Positions 27,992 through 32,623 of a DNA stretch of 32,623 nt are shown here, one piece after another. Every line of letters starts with the position of its first letter. Position 1 is the stretch's first letter. The stretch is from Campylobacterales bacterium (GTDB taxonomy: Bacteria; Campylobacterota; Campylobacteria; Campylobacterales; Arcobacteraceae), in the NCBI GenBank assembly GCA_027064245.1, contig JAMOPZ010000424.1:1-32623 (forward strand). Reading direction: 5' to 3'. The position numbers and the translations under genes are program-made. Below the pieces are notes generated by a model, which saw nothing but the letters and a program-made list of their open reading frames with translations, was not told the origin of the DNA and did not search any database.

Positions 27992-29294
27992 GTTCTACTC
28001 TTTTTAAAATATTTTTCTTTTCTAATTTTTTTACTATACGATAAACATTAAGAATATCTACTCCTATTTTTTTACTAAATGTAAAAAGATCCATAGAAGC
28101 ATCTAAATAAAAAAGTGCCCATAAAATAATATCTACTTCAGACTTATCGCTACAGGGGAGAAAACTCCCTCCAGTAACTGGGTACAAATCGTGTTTAGAG
28201 AGCATAACTTCACCTGAAGGTTGTATATTTTTATATAAAATATTTTTATCCATTTTATGTACAAGTTGCACATATAAATCTAAAGTTTTATTTAAATTAT
28301 CTGCTTTAACAAATTTTAAATTATCTAAACTTGTATGGTAATAATCGTACTCATAATATTTATCTTTTGTAATGGTCGCACAATTAATTCTAAAACTCTG
28401 TGTTGAATACTGTCTCTCATCACTACCACGAATATCAAATGGATAGCTTATAAAATCTAGGTTATTAACATCAAAAACACTTTCTATCATTTCATTAATA
28501 AAATTATATTTATCATATGATTGTTTATAACCAAATTTTCCCAAACCCCCGCAGGTAGTAATAACTAAGCCATTATCTATACTTTTCATCTCAGTCTCAT
28601 TATTTGACATATAAGAGATAGCACCTATAGTTTCAGGAACAAATATTATCCTATAGCTGTATTCTAATGTATCTTTAATTTTTAATAACTCTTTAGCCAA
28701 GAAAGCACTTAGTATTACACCACTTAGACTATCGTTTGCTTGAGAAGGATGACATATATAAGAAGAGATTAGATACTCTTTCGTACTCTTGCCACCTATT
28801 AAAAGCTCTCCTACAGATAAAGAACCATCTTGAAACTTACTATCAATAAATACTTCATACTCATCATCTTCATTAAAAAACTCTAGATACTCTTCATAAC
28901 TTATACAAAAACCCCAATTTTTATTATAATAACTTGTACGATAAGGTATAGCAGTTGGCAGATTTTTTAAATAATGTAAATTTTCTTTTAACTCTTTAAG
29001 TTTCATCTTTTTATTTATATTTATACTATAACTTACAATATGTAGATTTGAGTTTTTAAAATCTACTATTTTTTCTCCAGCAGAATTTTTTATCCAAGCA
29101 TCTTTTATACTCCATTCCTGAGGAATAATCCAGTCATATACTTCTTGATGTGTAGGGTATTCTATCACCTTAAGAGGTATTATCTCTTGAAGTATTTTTA
29201 GTGTTTGCTTAGTTCCATCTCCCATAATACTTCTATTTATAGGAAAAAGTTTTTTTAAATAATTGTCTATCTCATCTACATGATTAATCATCAA
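27984..29294 (-). CDS. DUF4910 aminopeptidase-like protein (M28-like + DUF2172 + wHTH; Cj1295-like)
   Basis: LFPINRSIMG.G, DW.IP.EW, NLHIVSYS, AIPYRTSYY..WGFC, CHPSQANDSLSG, PETIGAI, GSDERQY, YHTSLD. Confidence 0.85.
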   Translation of the reverse strand: MMINHVDEIDNYLKKLFPINRSIMGDGTKQTLKILQEIIPLKVIEYPTHQEVYDWIIPQEWSIKDAWIKNSAGEKIVDFKNSNLHIVSYSININKKMKLKELKENLHYLKNLPTAIPYRTSYYNKNWGFCISYEEYLEFFNEDDEYEVFIDSKFQDGSLSVGELLIGGKSTKEYLISSYICHPSQANDSLSGVILSAFLAKELLKIKDTLEYSYRIIFVPETIGAISYMSNNETEMKSIDNGLVITTCGGLGKFGYKQSYDKYNFINEMIESVFDVNNLDFISYPFDIRGSDERQYSTQSFRINCATITKDKYYEYDYYHTSLDNLKFVKADNLNKTLDLYVQLVHKMDKNILYKNIQPSGEVMLSKHDLYPVTGGSFLPCSDKSEVDIILWALFYLDASMDLFTFSKKIGVDILNVYRIVKKLEKKNILKRVELG

Positions 29295-30345
29295 ACATAT
29301 TCCATTTCAATACACTATCTGATTTGATTAATATATTACTTTTTTTACCAACAAGTTCATCTATAAATTTTGGACTTATTCCATGAGCAGGTCTCTTAAA
29401 AGTTAAGTCTTCTTTTTGAATAACCTTACCCTTTGGAATATCATTTAATGCGATTAAACTTCGTCTAGCATTGAGTCTTGCAGATTCTTCTTTTTCTAAT
29501 GCTACGATTTTAAAACCACCTAAAACATTAAAAACCCTTTCCAAATTATATTTAAAAGTTTTTAAATCCTCTTTATCCATAGCATGGTAATGGTCATTCC
29601 CCTTTAGGCTTTTATCATGTGTAAAATGTTTCTCTATTATTACACATCCTAGCATAGTAGCCATCTCACATACTTTCATATCTTTAGGAAGAGTATGATC
29701 ACTATAACCTATGATTTTATCTGGAAATTTAGATTTTAAATCCAGTATCATTCCTAAATTTGCATCTTCATCTGATGTAGGATAATTCAATACACAATGA
29801 AGAAGAGCTAAAGGATTACCCTTTTTTTCAATCCATGAAATAGCTTCTACAATCTCACTTAAATCACTTGCTCCAGTAGATAAAATAATTGGCTTACCAA
29901 ATGTACATATATACTCTATAAATGGTTTATTAGTTAAATCTGAAGATGATATTTTAAATACATCCATCATCCCATTTAAAAACTCTGCAGATTCAACATC
30001 AAAAGGAGTACTCATAAATTCAATATCTACCTCATCACAATAGTTTTTCAACTCTTGCATCTCATTTTTCCAAAACTTATCATGCTTTGTAAAAAGTTCA
30101 TATTGTGAGGTTATAGGTTCTTTTGTTGTATCCCAATACGCTGGAGAATCTTTAGATGCAATTGTATCTGCCCTATAGGTTTGAAACTTTACAGCATTTG
30201 CTCCACCCTCCTTAGCCTCATCAACCAATCGTTTTGCAAGTTCCATACTTCCTTCATGATTAACACCTACTTCAGCTATAATATAAGGTCTATATAATCT
30301 ATTCTCATGTGGTTTTATTTCATCAAAGATCTCTACTAATTTCAT
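29284..30345 (-). CDS. neuB: N-acetylneuraminate/nonulosonate synthase family with SAF domain
   Basis: IIAEVGVNHEG, AVKFQTY, STPFD, KISSSD, ILSTGA, LHCVLNYP, GYSDHT, IEKHFT, RRSL, KRPAHGI. Exact sugar specificity unknown. Confidence 0.88.
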   Translation of the reverse strand: MKLVEIFDEIKPHENRLYRPYIIAEVGVNHEGSMELAKRLVDEAKEGGANAVKFQTYRADTIASKDSPAYWDTTKEPITSQYELFTKHDKFWKNEMQELKNYCDEVDIEFMSTPFDVESAEFLNGMMDVFKISSSDLTNKPFIEYICTFGKPIILSTGASDLSEIVEAISWIEKKGNPLALLHCVLNYPTSDEDANLGMILDLKSKFPDKIIGYSDHTLPKDMKVCEMATMLGCVIIEKHFTHDKSLKGNDHYHAMDKEDLKTFKYNLERVFNVLGGFKIVALEKEESARLNARRSLIALNDIPKGKVIQKEDLTFKRPAHGISPKFIDELVGKKSNILIKSDSVLKWNMFDD

Positions 30346-30346
30346 A

Positions 30347-31972
30347 TTAACCCTCTATCAAATTATTAATCAACTTAATAACCCTTTTTCTTCCACTCTT
30401 TAGATTATGTTGTAGCATAAGATCATTCATCAACTCTCTTACCGAACACTCTTGCACTTTTTTAAATTCCTTTAGAATCCTTTTATTATCAATATTTTTA
30501 AAAAGACCTAAATTGACAAAACCATTCTGTCCATACCCAAAAGTATGCGTTAATTCACGTTCATTCTGCGCCATAAGTATTGATGGTATTCCTAGTGAAG
30601 CAATTTCATAGAGTGTTCTGCCCATAGCTGAAAATACTACATCTGCTTTAAGCATATGCTTTGATATCTGAGTTACATTTCTATGCACATGTAGATTAGA
30701 ATATACCGACAAAGTTTCATACATATTATAACCAAGACCAGCTACAACATGAATTTCAATATTATTAAGTAAACAATAATCATACAAAGATTCAACTACC
30801 TTTAAAGTTAGATTATTTGGATCAGTTCCACCAAAGGTAATTAATATATTCTCAATATTATTTCTTATTTCTTCCTTAGCATTTGTAAGTAAGAATTCAT
30901 CTCTAACTATATAGTATTCTGGTCCAAAATAGTGTTTAGGTAAAAATTCTTTAGATGAATAAATAGCATTAATAACCATATCTGCCAATTTTGCTCCATC
31001 ACCTTTATCTTCTATATTTATTACAACTATATCATGCTGTTTGAGTTCATCTATATACTGATATAAATTATCAAGCTTATCATTTATAACTACATCTGGA
31101 TTTAACGCAACTATATCTTTAACAATATTATCATTATCCTGAATATAGACATTAAAAAATTTTGATTTTATTTTTTCATAAGCTAGTTGACTATCTTTAT
31201 CAACTAAAAATGTTAAGTTATGATTTGTCATATCATTTGCAATTATGAGTGTATTATATACATGTCCAAGTCCAAACTCTTTATTTCCCTTTACCACAAA
31301 AACAATATTTTTTCTTTTTAGATTATATTCACATATACTCCAATCTTGATAATCATCTATATCAATCTCTTCTCCATCCTTTAATAAATAAAGATCTACA
31401 TTTAAACCAAATCTATTATTTTCATTAATAAATTCTGTTTTTGTAATTACAAACCCTCCTGTTTCTCTATAAATAGGGTTCAAATATTGACGATTTAATC
31501 TCTCTTTATAATTTGGCATATATTGATTATTGACCCTACTCCAAGACAGGTGGGCATCTTCTTTTGCAGAAATAATTGTATCAATACCATTATCATTTAG
31601 GATTTTATCAATAGCAAGATCTAGTGTTAAAGATTTTAAAATTGGAGAAGTTGGTTGTAATGTAATCACATAATTATACTTATCTATTTTATTCTCTTGA
31701 ATATCTTTATATGCCTGATATATTACAGCATCTAAAGTTGTATCATCTTGAGCTAACTCTATATGACGCTTATGTACTTTTGCCCCTAATGATTGCGAAA
31801 TATGTAAGATTTCATCATCATCACTAGAAACAAATACATCTAAGTTATGTTTGGATTTTAATGCGTTGGTAATTGCATAATAAATTAAAGGTTTTCCAAC
31901 TAAACTTCTAATATTCTTTCTTGGTATACCTTTTGAATTTCCTCTTGCTGGAATAATTACTAAAATTTTCAT
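30347..31972 (-). CDS. Fusion: CMP-nonulosonate synthetase (NeuA/PseF-like) + PseG/SpsG-like GT-B nucleotide-sugar hydrolase
   Basis: IIPARGNSKGIPRKN, LQPTSP, NRQ, DIDDYQD; second half GLGH, LITFGGTD, G.TLYE...GIP, QNERE. Confidence 0.82.
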   Translation of the reverse strand: MKILVIIPARGNSKGIPRKNIRSLVGKPLIYYAITNALKSKHNLDVFVSSDDDEILHISQSLGAKVHKRHIELAQDDTTLDAVIYQAYKDIQENKIDKYNYVITLQPTSPILKSLTLDLAIDKILNDNGIDTIISAKEDAHLSWSRVNNQYMPNYKERLNRQYLNPIYRETGGFVITKTEFINENNRFGLNVDLYLLKDGEEIDIDDYQDWSICEYNLKRKNIVFVVKGNKEFGLGHVYNTLIIANDMTNHNLTFLVDKDSQLAYEKIKSKFFNVYIQDNDNIVKDIVALNPDVVINDKLDNLYQYIDELKQHDIVVINIEDKGDGAKLADMVINAIYSSKEFLPKHYFGPEYYIVRDEFLLTNAKEEIRNNIENILITFGGTDPNNLTLKVVESLYDYCLLNNIEIHVVAGLGYNMYETLSVYSNLHVHRNVTQISKHMLKADVVFSAMGRTLYEIASLGIPSILMAQNERELTHTFGYGQNGFVNLGLFKNIDNKRILKEFKKVQECSVRELMNDLMLQHNLKSGRKRVIKLINNLIEG

Positions 31973-31975
31973 TAT

Positions 31976-32623
31976 TTAACTATTTAAAAGTTGCATACGA
32001 ATATTTTGTAGCATTATGAAGTGTTTCTTGGCTTTATGATAATTTAGACTAAGTGAAATTGTGTCATAACAAAATATTTCTAGCGCATCACTATTTAAAT
32101 TATATTCATACTCTATATCAAACTCATCTATAATAAATTGATATTTATATTTACAAAAGCTATTTTTATACTCTTTAACAATAGACTTATCAAAGTGATA
32201 TTTATCTGGCGATGCTAATAAAGACTCTTTTGCGTCTATATAGAACTTATCCATATCACGTATACTCATATTAGACATGTCTAAAAAACAACTATTTATA
32301 AAATTAAATGTAGTAAATATCTCACCACTAAATTGAATCAATAACTTCGTAATTACAAGTTCAATAGGTATTTTATTATTCCACATATACACTTCAATCT
32401 CACTAGACATATGATATATATTATCAGTTATAATATAGTTTACTCTGCTTAAGTGATTATCAAAAATTTTATTAAATAAATTTTTGTATTCATCACTAAA
32501 ATAAAAAGCCTTAAAAGTAACCTGAGGAAACCTAAGATAAAGTTCTTTAATATATTTTACAAAGTCTTTATCATTAAGATTTTCTTCAACAGCTAAAAAG
32601 CCTATACAATCTTTCATGTAAAG
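31976..32623 (-). CDS. Hypothetical protein, probably the C-terminal part of a gene running off the window
   Basis: 213-aa ORF whose frame stays open past ATG 32617 to the window edge; no motif recognised with confidence. Confidence 0.6.
   Translation of the reverse strand, partial: LYMKDCIGFLAVEENLNDKDFVKYIKELYLRFPQVTFKAFYFSDEYKNLFNKIFDNHLSRVNYIITDNIYHMSSEIEVYMWNNKIPIELVITKLLIQFSGEIFTTFNFINSCFLDMSNMSIRDMDKFYIDAKESLLASPDKYHFDKSIVKEYKNSFCKYKYQFIIDEFDIEYEYNLNSDALEIFCYDTISLSLNYHKAKKHFIMLQNIRMQLLNS

Noticed and set aside
1-32623. CRISPR arrays, tRNA/rRNA genes, IS elements, integrases
   Set aside because: The window is almost fully coding, and no repeat-spacer pattern, structured RNA gene or transposase/recombinase motif was seen by eye.

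Overview
AT-rich, gene-dense surface-glycan biosynthesis and tailoring region. By inference from its resemblance to Campylobacter jejuni flagellin-glycosylation and capsule genes, it probably comes from a Campylobacterota (Sulfurimonas/Arcobacter-like) genome. The + strand block (<1-5444) encodes an ATP-grasp ligase, a cupin, an inserted HEPN/MNT toxin-antitoxin pair, a DJ-1/PfpI protein and a probable HAD-phosphatase/phosphoribosyltransferase ribofuranosyltransferase. It converges on a ~27 kb - strand block (5441->32623). That block holds a NeuB plus cytidylyltransferase-PseG-like nonulosonate module and DUF4910/GNAT/radical-SAM tailoring genes. It also has an EptA-like fusion, two Maf-like transferases, an O-acetyltransferase, a GT2 and a cytidylyltransferase/HpcH-aldolase/dehydrogenase/epimerase/cyclase cassette. 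A complete O-methyl-phosphoramidate precursor pathway (Cj1415-Cj1419-like) is present too. Two observations stand out. (1) The phosphoramidate cassette has no recognisable Cj1421/22 transferase but is coupled to a sulfotransferase-fold gene and cysQ, suggesting a PAPS-mimic phosphoramidate transfer system. (2) A ~100-aa Rossmann-like module (F-x3-[NS]-x...YG[AN]x...[ST][VL]LGRE) is appended to five otherwise unrelated enzymes. All family calls come from motif recognition by eye; no searches were run.
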